Counted from the stretch's first letter, positions 25,498-34,770 are shown. The stretch is 64,000 nt of DNA from a virus (IMGVR_UViG_3300027777_000022); one strand, 5' to 3'. The notes: generated from the sequence alone by a model not told the origin. Numbers and translations: made by a program.

Positions 25498-26277
25498 TTA
25501 TTCGGCAGATTCCCGCTGTATAGCTGCCATCAATTCTGGAGAGATCCTGGCGGGCAATCTGGCTTGTACTCTGACCAACATGTCTCCCAGCTGGCCATTT
25601 CGATCTGGCAAGCCGCGACCTCTAGCACGTAACATACTGCCAGGCTGTGTGTTGGCAGGTATGCTGATTTCAATTCGATTGCCACGTATGTCCAACATGG
25701 GCACATCACCTCCTGCAATGAATTTCCACATGCTCACAGTGGTTTCAGTATGCACATTGTTGTTCACACGTTGCCATGTCTTGTCCGGATGCACACGGAA
25801 CGTGATCACAAGATCCTGCCCACCGGGACCAAGACTGGGATATTGCACATTGTCCCCGTCGGCAATACCATTGGGAATGTTGATTTCAATATTGTGTGTG
25901 CCTGTTGGTGTGCCCATGGCCACAACTCTGGACCCTGGCGCAGCCACATCTTGTATGGTTATCCACAAGGTCATTCTGGCATGGCTACGCTGTTGTGGTT
26001 GTTGAAATTTGGTTCCAAACATGTTGAAGATTTCATTGAAATCAAAGTTCTGATGGAATCCGCCACCACCAAATGGCGGTTGTGGCTGAGGGTTGTTGTA
26101 TGCTGCTCGTTTTTGCTCGTCGCCCAGTGTTTCGTAGGCAGCTTGAATCTCTTGGAATTTCTTTGTGTCACCACCTTTGTCAGGGTGATGCTGTGACGCC
26201 AGTTTTCTGAACGCACGTTTTATTTCATCGGCAGAAGCGTTACGGGCCACGCCCAGGGTAGCATAGTGATCAGTCAT
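25498..26277 (-). CDS. DnaJ-class co-chaperone (type II / CbpA-like, no zinc finger)
   Basis: J domain with HPD motif (HHPDKGG), G/F-rich linker, DnaJ_C domain. Confidence 0.9.
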   Translation of the reverse strand: MTDHYATLGVARNASADEIKRAFRKLASQHHPDKGGDTKKFQEIQAAYETLGDEQKRAAYNNPQPQPPFGGGGFHQNFDFNEIFNMFGTKFQQPQQRSHARMTLWITIQDVAAPGSRVVAMGTPTGTHNIEINIPNGIADGDNVQYPSLGPGGQDLVITFRVHPDKTWQRVNNNVHTETTVSMWKFIAGGDVPMLDIRGNRIEISIPANTQPGSMLRARGRGLPDRNGQLGDMLVRVQARLPARISPELMAAIQRESAE

Positions 26278-26305
26278 TGTATGTAATTATACACACAGTA
26301 GTGGA

Positions 26306-26521
26306 TCATTTCTTTTCAGGGACTCGAGTGCCCTCCAGTTTTTTGTGCTTTTTCATTGTTTTGCAAGTTTGTTTGACCTTGCCTTTGGAATCTTTAACTG
26401 GCTGCCCAGCACGATCTCGGACGTCTACGCAAACTTGTGTGGTCTCTGCTCGTGCCGGCAAACCTGATGCCAGTAACAACAATATCACTAGCAAAATTCC
26501 AATCAAAATTGAATTTTTCAT
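26306..26521 (-). CDS. small secreted/periplasmic basic protein
   Basis: Signal peptide ending ARA; two Cys; last gene of the lysis cassette. Confidence 0.55.
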   Translation of the reverse strand: MKNSILIGILLVILLLLASGLPARAETTQVCVDVRDRAGQPVKDSKGKVKQTCKTMKKHKKLEGTRVPEKK

Positions 26522-26530
26522 GTCATGTCC

Positions 26531-27103
26531 TTATAGTTCTGGAAATACAGGGTCAGGAGGTGCTTTTTTGCCTCCCCATCCTATGGTCACTGGTGCTGCT
26601 GCTGATACTGTGGGCCAGGTAACTGCTGTGGGCGTGGTTGGTGTACCAAAACCACCTGGTGAGCTAACGCCTGTTGTTGGCGCAGAGCCAAATGCTGTTG
26701 GGCTGGTTGCAAATCCTGCACTTGATGTTGTTGCGTTGACATTAACAGGTACTCCTGGGTTGGTGGACTGTACATAAGTTGTGCCTGCATTAGATGGCAA
26801 TTGTATACCACCGTTGTTGGCTCCGTTGAGTTTTTCCTGTGTACGTCCATATGCTGCCAGTCCTAACACACCACCCATGGCAATGTGAAACAAGCCAGCA
26901 CCTTGCAAGGTCAATGGTTGCCATTGGCTGGTCACTGCTCCTTTGCTCATTGACTGTAACAAACTCCATAGCACTGGAAATATGATAAAGTCGCACATGC
27001 ACACAGTCATGTACATCCAGCCCATCATGGGCCGCCATTTTGAATTCATCCAGTCTTCTTTGGCTTTTTCACTGTGACTTGCGTGATGATGTTTTTTTGT
27101 CAT
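26531..27103 (-). CDS. holin (3TM GTA-holin-like) with a low-complexity C-terminal tail
   Basis: WMNSKWRPMMGWMY followed by TM helices; directly downstream of the endolysin. Confidence 0.7.
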   Translation of the reverse strand: MTKKHHHASHSEKAKEDWMNSKWRPMMGWMYMTVCMCDFIIFPVLWSLLQSMSKGAVTSQWQPLTLQGAGLFHIAMGGVLGLAAYGRTQEKLNGANNGGIQLPSNAGTTYVQSTNPGVPVNVNATTSSAGFATSPTAFGSAPTTGVSSPGGFGTPTTPTAVTWPTVSAAAPVTIGWGGKKAPPDPVFPEL

Positions 27104-27104
27104 T

Positions 27105-27725
27105 TTATACTCCCATCACATGCAATGCATGTTCATAATGGCTGATGCGATCCTCCAGCCCAAGGTATCCACCATTAATGGCTCGTGTGAGCCCTTTTAT
27201 ATCCCCGACATCTGCGAATCTATTCAAGTTGTTGGTTTCCCAGAACCAGCAGGCAGACTGCGTAGCGCCTTCAAATGTGGCCAGATATTCACTGGCTTCC
27301 TCCACTGGAATATCCAAACTGCCGGCGAAGAATGTGTAGTTATCGCGCCCGGTGAGTTGTATCAGCCCACGTCCGCAGAAACGATAGCCATCGCCTGACG
27401 CTTCGTCACCGTTGCCCATTCTATTGGCATATACTCTATTGGCAATCCGTTCAGGCTTGTTGGCATAAGCTGCTGCTGTGGCATCATCGGTGAAATACTT
27501 GCCAAATGTTTTTCTTAAACTAGCAGCTCGGTAGTTGAGATTTTCTTTCACAAACACAAAGTTTCCTGACTCGTGAGCGCATTGTGCGATAAAGGCAGCA
27601 ACTCTGGCAGGGGTATTGATATCGTATTCGGGCAACAGTTGATCAATGGCTTCATACCAATGTTCAATGTGCGGGTTCTTGACCATTTGCTTTAGTTGTT
27701 CCAGTGTGAGTATTGAATTGCTCAT
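27105..27725 (-). CDS. glycoside hydrolase family 19 endolysin
   Basis: AAFIAQCAHESG, YRFCGRGLIQLTGRDNY, INGGYLGLEDR; start at MSNSIL (ATGA). Confidence 0.9.
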   Translation of the reverse strand: MSNSILTLEQLKQMVKNPHIEHWYEAIDQLLPEYDINTPARVAAFIAQCAHESGNFVFVKENLNYRAASLRKTFGKYFTDDATAAAYANKPERIANRVYANRMGNGDEASGDGYRFCGRGLIQLTGRDNYTFFAGSLDIPVEEASEYLATFEGATQSACWFWETNNLNRFADVGDIKGLTRAINGGYLGLEDRISHYEHALHVMGV

Positions 27726-27985
27726 TGTGCGCCATCCCATATTTTCTTTTGTTTTGTATACCATTCTTGCCAAGCTGAGTTTTTAGCTGAACAGTCGTGA
27801 TATGCGGTATAGTTTTCTGTTACTGTTTTTACAAAATCTACTATACTGACCTGGTCTCTCGAAATGGTCTTTAGATCCATACAGCGTTGCATCAACATTT
27901 CTGGTGCATCAGGAAATGCAGCAGTAACAGGAACTGCTGCACAGCCAGACAAACACAATATCAGTGAAATGGCCAGGTATCTCAT
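27722..27985 (-). CDS. o-spanin (Rz1-like outer-membrane lipoprotein)
   Basis: Lipobox LSGC; Pro-containing mature part; position in the lysis cassette. Confidence 0.75.
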   Translation of the reverse strand: MRYLAISLILCLSGCAAVPVTAAFPDAPEMLMQRCMDLKTISRDQVSIVDFVKTVTENYTAYHDCSAKNSAWQEWYTKQKKIWDGAQ

Positions 27986-28455
27986 TTCTTTTCCTCAACA
28001 GGTTGATTCAGTGCTGCCGCATTGTGTGTGGCAATAATGACTGTGGGTATGGGGCAATTTTCTACAAAACGTATCACTTCTTGATTGCCGACCACTTCTC
28101 TGTCTATGTAGTTAACAATGTCTTGTCCTCGATCGTGTATGACTCGGGTTTTTTTCACGAACTTTGTTATTATTTTTGTATTGGTTTCTGCACTGAGTTT
28201 TTCTGCTTCGGCTACTTTTGATTCTGCTTCACGCACACGTTCTCGCCAGGCCATTTCTGTTGAATATCCACCTTCAAAATAAACTCCTGTAACCAACAGC
28301 AAGATGCCTGCTATTTGCACAGGTGTTCTATAGGTGTTTACGAACGGAATGAAACTTACAAAAAAGCCAGCCACTGTGGTCACAGCGCCGGCTATTAAAA
28401 TGATATTGACGATCCAGTTTATGAATGCATCAGGAAGAAGGTGTAAAATCCACAT
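27982..28455 (-). CDS. i-spanin (Rz-like)
   Basis: N-terminal TM helices, coiled coil, C-terminal CPIP..II..HN.AA; adjacent to the lipoprotein. Confidence 0.7.
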   Translation of the reverse strand: MWILHLLPDAFINWIVNIILIAGAVTTVAGFFVSFIPFVNTYRTPVQIAGILLLVTGVYFEGGYSTEMAWRERVREAESKVAEAEKLSAETNTKIITKFVKKTRVIHDRGQDIVNYIDREVVGNQEVIRFVENCPIPTVIIATHNAAALNQPVEEKK

Positions 28456-28460
28456 GCAGA

Positions 28461-28466
28461 TATTTA
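28461..28466 (-). promoter_or_regulatory. late promoter core 5 nt upstream of the i-spanin ATG
   Basis: TAAATA-TCTGC-ATG. Confidence 0.55.
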
Positions 28467-28479
28467 TCTGCAAAGGTGT

Positions 28480-29337
28480 TTATAAGCCCAGGCTTTTTCT
28501 TATGGCTGTGGCTGATACAGCATGGGTAGCAGCATCAAAAGTTTCTTGCTCAATTTGATACCCTACATCACGACCGTATGTTATGTTCACAATGTTTGGC
28601 ACCACAATCACAGTGAATTGCCCTTGATACAGCGGGTCCAGATCACGTTTGATAAATCTTGTGACTTGTGCATAGTCAAAAGGATTTGACCCTTCCCAAC
28701 CTTGACAATCACGGATCATGATTGCAACTTGCCCTGTTTTGGCAATAGCACGTTCAAACAATGCACGATGGCCAGCATGCCACGGTTGCCAACGACCCAG
28801 CATCTGCACAGTTTCTTTCTTGAAATCAAACACAGGTCTACGGCGATTTTCTAATATATGTTGCCCAATGAACTCTGCCCACTTATCAGCATCTTGTTCT
28901 GTAACACGGAAATCATATACTTCAGGTGGAATAAATGCTTTGTTAGTATCATCAAACCTACCTTGATCAATGGTATCAACCCAGATAGTCCAATCAGCTT
29001 TGAAGTTATTACGCATCTCAACCAATGGTGCAACAAAGTCACAAATAACAAAATCGCCTGTACACTTGAATGCAAACTCGGCCATTCGTAGTGATTGACG
29101 AAGACGACCCTCACGACTAAAGTCCCAGTCATTAAAACGCTTGCGAATTTCATCAGCATTAAACCAATCTACATTTACTCTAAGAGTATTGTTATTTGGC
29201 ATGCCTTCAAAGTTTAATACTCTGCCTGGGTTAACTTTGAATATATCTCCGTTACGTTCTAAATATGCTTTCAATGCTTTGGAAAGAAATGTTTTACCTG
29301 CTCCGGGCAAGCCCATTATTAATATTTTTTGTGTCAT
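28480..29337 (-). CDS. adenylylsulfate-kinase-like domain fused to a HIGH-type nucleotidyltransferase domain
   Basis: GLPGAGKT, DADEIR-like NADEIRK..DWDFS.EGR; C-terminal GRWQPWHAGH and SATAIR. Confidence 0.75.
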   Translation of the reverse strand: MTQKILIMGLPGAGKTFLSKALKAYLERNGDIFKVNPGRVLNFEGMPNNNTLRVNVDWFNADEIRKRFNDWDFSREGRLRQSLRMAEFAFKCTGDFVICDFVAPLVEMRNNFKADWTIWVDTIDQGRFDDTNKAFIPPEVYDFRVTEQDADKWAEFIGQHILENRRRPVFDFKKETVQMLGRWQPWHAGHRALFERAIAKTGQVAIMIRDCQGWEGSNPFDYAQVTRFIKRDLDPLYQGQFTVIVVPNIVNITYGRDVGYQIEQETFDAATHAVSATAIRKSLGL

Positions 29338-29954
29338 GTGTGTTTTCTTGAAGAATATCGTGCAAGATCATCTGTGGGATGGTCAGAAACTGCATTAAAA
29401 TATTTACTGTTTGTGTCATCTTGCAAAATTATTTTTAGTCTAGCATCTGCTGATGCAATAGGAAATGCCAATTGCTGTGACACAGATTCTAGATATTTTG
29501 TGCCATACAAGTGCAGCAGTTCATAACTCAAGAACACAGGAGCAGCAAATTGATCGTATGCAGACAATGCCTGTGGCATGGTAATGGCGCCGCGCACACG
29601 AGCCTGTTGCATTTTTACTATGTTCTGATCTCTGCCCAGTATAGCAAAAAGAACTTTGTGTCCAAGATTCTGCACACCGCGCACAAATGCCTTGAAGTTG
29701 GGTTCTGTAGCTGTGCCATTATTCATGTACGGCACACTCATTGACGTCACAAACCAATCAGCTTGTGACCAACGAAATTCATTTAATCTTGTGGGATCTT
29801 GCCAATATGGTGCAAATGGTTCTTGATCATGCCCAATCCAGTATTCATTCAAGAGATCTCGCCAGCCATAAACTTGTGGATGTAATGCAAATATCTTTGA
29901 CCATAAATGGTTGCCTGCGCCCTGCGGCCCTGTCAGTATCAACACTGTTTTCAA
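29334..29954 (-). CDS. sulfotransferase-like P-loop protein
   Basis: LILTGPQGAGNHLW loop; next to the APS kinase-like gene. Confidence 0.45.
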   Translation of the reverse strand: MKTVLILTGPQGAGNHLWSKIFALHPQVYGWRDLLNEYWIGHDQEPFAPYWQDPTRLNEFRWSQADWFVTSMSVPYMNNGTATEPNFKAFVRGVQNLGHKVLFAILGRDQNIVKMQQARVRGAITMPQALSAYDQFAAPVFLSYELLHLYGTKYLESVSQQLAFPIASADARLKIILQDDTNSKYFNAVSDHPTDDLARYSSRKHT

Positions 29955-30610
29955 TAGTTGTACCTCAATACGCGAAGAAAGTCTCGGGTTTGTTTTGTTT
30001 TTACACCGGTCAATTGTAGTGTGACCCTGGCATGATATCCTGCGTTGGCAGTTGAGTGCGGTATGTTGGTCCAGTCAAAGGTACTGATATCGCCTGCACG
30101 CCATTGATTCCAGTGATAGTTTCCGTATTCCCAGAACTGTCCAGGTTGCCAATCTGTCAGTTGTACAAACGCTCGTAACACACGTGAAGGATCTTCTGGG
30201 CACCATTTTTGCAATCGGTCAATGTGTAGATTCCACACTTCACCAGGATGCTGCACATGTATTCTGTACATGGCATCGTCCAGGCCAAACTCATCTGCAA
30301 ACAATTGCAAGCTCTGGGGCAACTGCCAATTCAAGTGTGTGATAACTGTGTCAGGTGCCATTCCTGCCTGAGTGAGATCATATTCTTCTGCTGCCAAATC
30401 CTCTCGTGGTGGCCGCACTCCTTTTCCTTTGTATCCTCTCGTGGCCCAGGTTGCTGGCTTAGAGTTGGCAACAATCTCATCAATATCATTTTGCCAATGA
30501 CCTGGATCCACCCGCCCAAGATGTTCAATCACTTCATGTGCTTGATCTCTACGTTGCGGATCAAAATGATATCTGCTGCGTTGTTTTGATTCTTTCCAAT
30601 TTGATTTCAT
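29951..30610 (-). CDS. cupin / 2OG-Fe(II) oxygenase-like protein
   Basis: PGEVWNLHID...IPHSTANAG..RVTLQLTG (HxD...H); start MKSNW (ATGA). Confidence 0.65.
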   Translation of the reverse strand: MKSNWKESKQRSRYHFDPQRRDQAHEVIEHLGRVDPGHWQNDIDEIVANSKPATWATRGYKGKGVRPPREDLAAEEYDLTQAGMAPDTVITHLNWQLPQSLQLFADEFGLDDAMYRIHVQHPGEVWNLHIDRLQKWCPEDPSRVLRAFVQLTDWQPGQFWEYGNYHWNQWRAGDISTFDWTNIPHSTANAGYHARVTLQLTGVKTKQTRDFLRVLRYNY

Positions 30611-31173
30611 AATTTTTGCCACCACCATACTATTCTTTTCAGGTCCTCTAAATTGTTATTTAGATCAAGTAACGGCCCTTTGATCAAATTCAATCCTAGA
30701 TCTTTGCTGATCTTTTCAAACCATTCTTGACTCCAATTGTATGTGAATTCACTCTTTGACGAATCGGACTCAGGCACAAATTGTTTATTTCTGACCACTA
30801 AGTAACCGCCAGGGCGTATCCAGCCTACAACTCGTTGTATATCTATTAGAGTAAGTTCTCTATTTCTGTATTGTAAAGAGCCCAATGCAAGTACCACATC
30901 CACTGAGTCATTGTCAATTACCATGTCCTGGATTGAACAATGAAAATCAGAGTCAGGATAATCTACAACATCAAACCCAATGAGATTTTTGATTTTGCCA
31001 CGGAAATAATTTACACCGCAGCCCACATCAATTACCAATTGAGGATTTAAAGAATTTATTTCATCAATGAGATTGGTTCCTGAATAACGGAATCCCTTCA
31101 GTCTGAATTCGGTCTGAGAATAAGTATCACGGAAAGGAACCATTTCTGTTCTTTTTTCAACAATATGATTCAT
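30607..31173 (-). CDS. class I SAM-dependent methyltransferase
   Basis: VIDVGCG, DVVLALGSLQY, RPGG. Confidence 0.8.
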   Translation of the reverse strand: MNHIVEKRTEMVPFRDTYSQTEFRLKGFRYSGTNLIDEINSLNPQLVIDVGCGVNYFRGKIKNLIGFDVVDYPDSDFHCSIQDMVIDNDSVDVVLALGSLQYRNRELTLIDIQRVVGWIRPGGYLVVRNKQFVPESDSSKSEFTYNWSQEWFEKISKDLGLNLIKGPLLDLNNNLEDLKRIVWWWQKL

Positions 31174-31784
31174 ATTACTGTTACCTTTACATCTGATTTA
31201 TAGTAGTCTTGAAAATAAGACTCCGGCGGTGAAATATCTAACGATTTGCACAGGTCCAAATTGTTGTCGGGCCAACGTGATGGATAACGTGCAATAGCTT
31301 GCTGTATGCCAAGATTCTGACTGTGAATAATACTGGCCATTGTTCGTAGATCTCGATAGTATTCGTGATACAATGGATAAGTGATATCAAAATGGCCGCA
31401 TTTGACCCACCATCCCAAACAAGCATCGTCGGGGCGATGTACCAGCACAACAGCACAATCGGGCCAGCAGGCCTTTAAGAAATCAATATTGTTGGCAAAG
31501 ATGTGGCTCTTGATAATACGAATGCCATTGCCTGAGAATGCACTGTTAAATATATCCTCCAGTGCATCTTTACTCAGAGTGAACAAGTCAGGTGGTAAAC
31601 CAAACTCCATGCCAGGATCAAAATACGCACCCAAATGCATCAAATCCATTGTGCCGCCAGCGTCGTGATAATAAGTCCTAGCAACACTGTAATCGCTTTG
31701 ATCTAGGTCAGTGCTGTAATAAATGTTCTTGACCACACTGCTCCATTTACTGCCCGGGGCGCCGGCTACAAAGATATATTTCAT
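31170..31784 (-). CDS. sulfotransferase-like protein
   Basis: IFVAGAPGSKWS loop, IIKSH, VLVHRP. Confidence 0.45.
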   Translation of the reverse strand: MKYIFVAGAPGSKWSSVVKNIYYSTDLDQSDYSVARTYYHDAGGTMDLMHLGAYFDPGMEFGLPPDLFTLSKDALEDIFNSAFSGNGIRIIKSHIFANNIDFLKACWPDCAVVLVHRPDDACLGWWVKCGHFDITYPLYHEYYRDLRTMASIIHSQNLGIQQAIARYPSRWPDNNLDLCKSLDISPPESYFQDYYKSDVKVTVI

Positions 31785-32764
31785 TCTTTACTTAAATCAA
31801 TTCGACTCAGCACAGGAATAAAGGCGGCTCGCAATTCATCCATTTGTCGACGCAGGCCTGCTGGTGTGAGTTCATCTTCTTCGTAGAATACCACATTGAT
31901 TTCTCTCCATTCAGCATATTCTTTACTACGCACAGCAGCACTGAAATTCTTCTGATACCATTCTACAATATCTCTGGGAGTGTTGGGTGGTAACTGGATA
32001 CTCCACGCAGCATAAACGTTGATACCGGGTGCCACATCTTTCAACAAGGGCACTGTAGGGAACTGTGGCATGCGTTGTGTGCCGGTGAATCCGATAGGCT
32101 TGACTTTGCCGCCTTCCACTAGCGCACGAGCCACTGCAATGGGCATGATGCCAAATTCAGTTCCGCCGTTTTTAGGATCAAAGGACGCTACACTGATCAC
32201 TGCGGGCATAGGGCCGTTGAACTTGATAGGCTGCACTTGCTGTCTATTTCCGTGGCCACGTTCCATCAAGTATTCGTATGCTGTTCTATGTGCGCCGCCG
32301 CCTAGCGCCACATTGACAGGGCGTGTGGTAGTGCTGATTAACTTAACAAAATCCTGTGGAGTGTTTACACTACTGCTGGGATGTGCTACTAGCACCAAGG
32401 GTGATTTGCCCATGGTCAACACATCTACAAATGAATCGTAGTTGTATTTCTTCACAGACTTTTCCCAGATGTCGTTGGTCACATAACTGCTCATGTGACT
32501 TGGCAGATTGATTGAGTGCCCGTCAGGTGCCTGTGTTAGGAAATAGTTGTTGGCCAGTGCTGAATCCACACCTGGGCGATTTTCAACTGCAAAACTGACC
32601 TTGGGATTGGTCTTTTGTACGATCTCGGCCAGTTTCCTAAACGCTATTTCGTTGCCGGCGCCGGCGGTATTGCCCACGATTACAGTAACGGGTCGGGTGG
32701 GTTCCCAGGCAAATGCTATCGCGGGCAAGAGAACCAAAGTTGCTAGTATTTTTTTGATGTTCAT
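31781..32764 (-). CDS. Bug/TctC-family tripartite tricarboxylate transporter substrate-binding protein
   Basis: Signal peptide; PVTVIVG..AG..., VENRPG, APDGHS, G.AH, PQFPTVP, W....P.NTP. Confidence 0.85.
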   Translation of the reverse strand: MNIKKILATLVLLPAIAFAWEPTRPVTVIVGNTAGAGNEIAFRKLAEIVQKTNPKVSFAVENRPGVDSALANNYFLTQAPDGHSINLPSHMSSYVTNDIWEKSVKKYNYDSFVDVLTMGKSPLVLVAHPSSSVNTPQDFVKLISTTTRPVNVALGGGAHRTAYEYLMERGHGNRQQVQPIKFNGPMPAVISVASFDPKNGGTEFGIMPIAVARALVEGGKVKPIGFTGTQRMPQFPTVPLLKDVAPGINVYAAWSIQLPPNTPRDIVEWYQKNFSAAVRSKEYAEWREINVVFYEEDELTPAGLRRQMDELRAAFIPVLSRIDLSKE

Positions 32765-32774
32765 AACTTCTCCT

Positions 32775-32802
32775 TAAATATGTTTGAAATCAAAGTTATT
32801 TA
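32775..32802. promoter_or_regulatory. face-to-face pair of late promoter cores
   Basis: TAAATA on + at 32775-32780 and on - at 32797-32802, between divergent genes. Confidence 0.5.
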
Positions 32803-32815
32803 CCAAAAATTTTAT

Positions 32816-33544
32816 ATGAACACAAAAATTTTCTCCTTAATTGCAAAAAATTTGCAGAGTGCATTTATTTTGCCCAAATATAGCAAAATTTCTATCACTG
32901 AAGATACAGTAGTAGATCAATTGCCCTGGACACCTGCTCGCTATCGCAAGTTCAAAGATGCCGTGGAAGCTGAGCTGAGTCTGCCCTGTGAATATCGCGG
33001 CACACTAAAACAAATAGTAGATGATCTCAGTGAGCGTTACACACACAGATTCTTTGCTGAAATATGGAAACCTCGCACAGGTGATTATGAGCACACAGGA
33101 TGGAGTCTAGTGGATGAGATCAATGCGTTGGATCCAGGATCAGTATTAGATGTAGGCTGTGGGTATCATCCGTTTAAAGGGCGTATACAAAATCTTGTGG
33201 GCATTGATCCTTACAATAATTGTGCCGATTATGAAGTAGACATATTAGACTATCGAGTGAAGTCAGCCAGCCACGACGTGATCATTGCTCTAGGCTCAAT
33301 CAACTTCAATAGTAGAGATGATATTGAACAACGATTTGTTCATTGTGTGAGTTTGCTGAAAACACACGGGAAGTTTTATCTACGTGCTAATCCGGGTATC
33401 ACACATAAAACAGGGCCGTATGTGGAAATATTTCCTTGGACTTTTGAAGTTGTGAATGAGTTTGCAGAAACATACAATCTAAGGTTAGACACATTCAAAC
33501 GTGACGCAAATGATCGATTGTATTTTGTTTATACCAAATTATAA
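32816..33544 (+). CDS. class I SAM-dependent methyltransferase with a small N-terminal helical domain
   Basis: VLDVGCGYHPF, DVIIALGSINF; start set at MNTKIF, downstream of the promoter. Confidence 0.8.
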   Translation: MNTKIFSLIAKNLQSAFILPKYSKISITEDTVVDQLPWTPARYRKFKDAVEAELSLPCEYRGTLKQIVDDLSERYTHRFFAEIWKPRTGDYEHTGWSLVDEINALDPGSVLDVGCGYHPFKGRIQNLVGIDPYNNCADYEVDILDYRVKSASHDVIIALGSINFNSRDDIEQRFVHCVSLLKTHGKFYLRANPGITHKTGPYVEIFPWTFEVVNEFAETYNLRLDTFKRDANDRLYFVYTKL

Positions 33545-34132
33545 TATACCTGCTGCGGCTTGCATGGCCTGCAGGTCTTTGCTGACCTTGGTATAGATAG
33601 GCTTTACGTCTAACCCGGCAGCTATACGCATCTCATTGAGATCGCCTTCGGTACGTCGACGATACTCATTGGGTGTAAGTGGAACAAGTTCAGCGAATGT
33701 TTCGGGACTCCATTCATGTTTTTGTTTCTTGTAAACCATGATCCAATCATCAGGTTCGTACTCTGTTAGTGTGTTGAGATCTCGAAGAATTTCGTCAATT
33801 TGTCCAGGTGCAGCATTGCGACGGCGCATTTCCAAATACACTAGATAACGATTGGGTTTGATTTCGCCGGGGCTTTGATCAGCATCTAGCACAAAGTCGT
33901 AGCCTTTTTCAAACCAATTCATGAGATCTTTGGCTGCTTGCTTGTCGCGAACAAAAAAGCTCACCACAATCACATCAGCATCTTCGCCCATCTTGGAACT
34001 GAATTCGTCGATATGCACGGTGGGCTTCATCATGCCCTCCATATCCTTATAGCTCAAGCCCTCGTTAAGCTGCTGGCGGCGCTGCGGCTGTGGGGGCTGC
34101 TGCGGGTTGTTGAAGTTGTTGTTGTGCTGCAT
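33539..34132 (-). CDS. conserved hypothetical protein (possible head-associated)
   Basis: LNE-GL leader-like site; HIDEFSSKMG, WFEKGYDFVLDAD; start uncertain because of overlap with the upstream ORF. Confidence 0.6.
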   Translation of the reverse strand: MQHNNNFNNPQQPPQPQRRQQLNEGLSYKDMEGMMKPTVHIDEFSSKMGEDADVIVVSFFVRDKQAAKDLMNWFEKGYDFVLDADQSPGEIKPNRYLVYLEMRRRNAAPGQIDEILRDLNTLTEYEPDDWIMVYKKQKHEWSPETFAELVPLTPNEYRRRTEGDLNEMRIAAGLDVKPIYTKVSKDLQAMQAAAGIL

Positions 34133-34664
34133 CTGCTTTCTCTTCATCTTTGTATTGGTCTTTGTCGATATCTTCTGCATAAGCATCGTCGAGATCTTGT
34201 AAATCTATTTCTTCACCTTCTAAATCAATACTGCCTGTGCGTATGTCTGCAATGAGATTTTTGGGCATGATGATTTCTACCAACCATACTTTTTTAGTTA
34301 TCAATCTAGCAATGTGTGTTCCGGCTTCGTAGTCACTGGGTTCTGTGACCTTGACAGGAATCTTCATGTCTACTTTTTTAAACTTTACTTCACAGTCAAA
34401 TGGCAGCAGTCTGCGACCGCCGCGTGGGTCAGGCATGAGATTTTCAGGCCACATGAATATGCAACCTATTTTGTACTTGCCAATGTCTGGACCTTGTACC
34501 AGTTCGCCGCGATCCCAGTTGCGAAATGCATAGATATCTAGTTCATCAAGAACTCGTTCAAAATCCAACAGTGTGAGCAAGCTGCCTTCACTGAGGTAGA
34601 TATCACGGATGTTTTCGGCCACATTCCAGTAGTCAGTGTGATCTTTAAAGATGTTTTCGTCCAT
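34065..34664 (-). CDS. conserved hypothetical protein
   Basis: 199-aa acidic ORF preceded by TAAATA-N5-ATG. Confidence 0.65.
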   Translation of the reverse strand: MDENIFKDHTDYWNVAENIRDIYLSEGSLLTLLDFERVLDELDIYAFRNWDRGELVQGPDIGKYKIGCIFMWPENLMPDPRGGRRLLPFDCEVKFKKVDMKIPVKVTEPSDYEAGTHIARLITKKVWLVEIIMPKNLIADIRTGSIDLEGEEIDLQDLDDAYAEDIDKDQYKDEEKADAAQQQLQQPAAAPTAAAPPAA

Positions 34665-34742
34665 ACGGATATTTATGGCAAGAGACTAGAACCTGTGCGC
34701 TTTGGTTTCTTTCCGCAAAGCCAAATACTTATGCCAATAATC

Positions 34743-34770
34743 TCTGAGATCTCGATACATAGATCTCAGA
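34743..34770. promoter_or_regulatory. inverted repeat in the divergent intergenic region upstream of phoH
   Basis: TCTGAGATCT-N8-AGATCTCAGA, perfect 10-bp arms. Confidence 0.6.

Noticed and set aside
33539-34186. Programmed frameshift joining 34065..34664 to 33539..34132
   Set aside because: The roughly 68-nt overlap lies in a low-complexity Gln/Ala/Pro stretch, and I saw no slippery heptamer or stimulatory structure; a simple overlap is sufficient.
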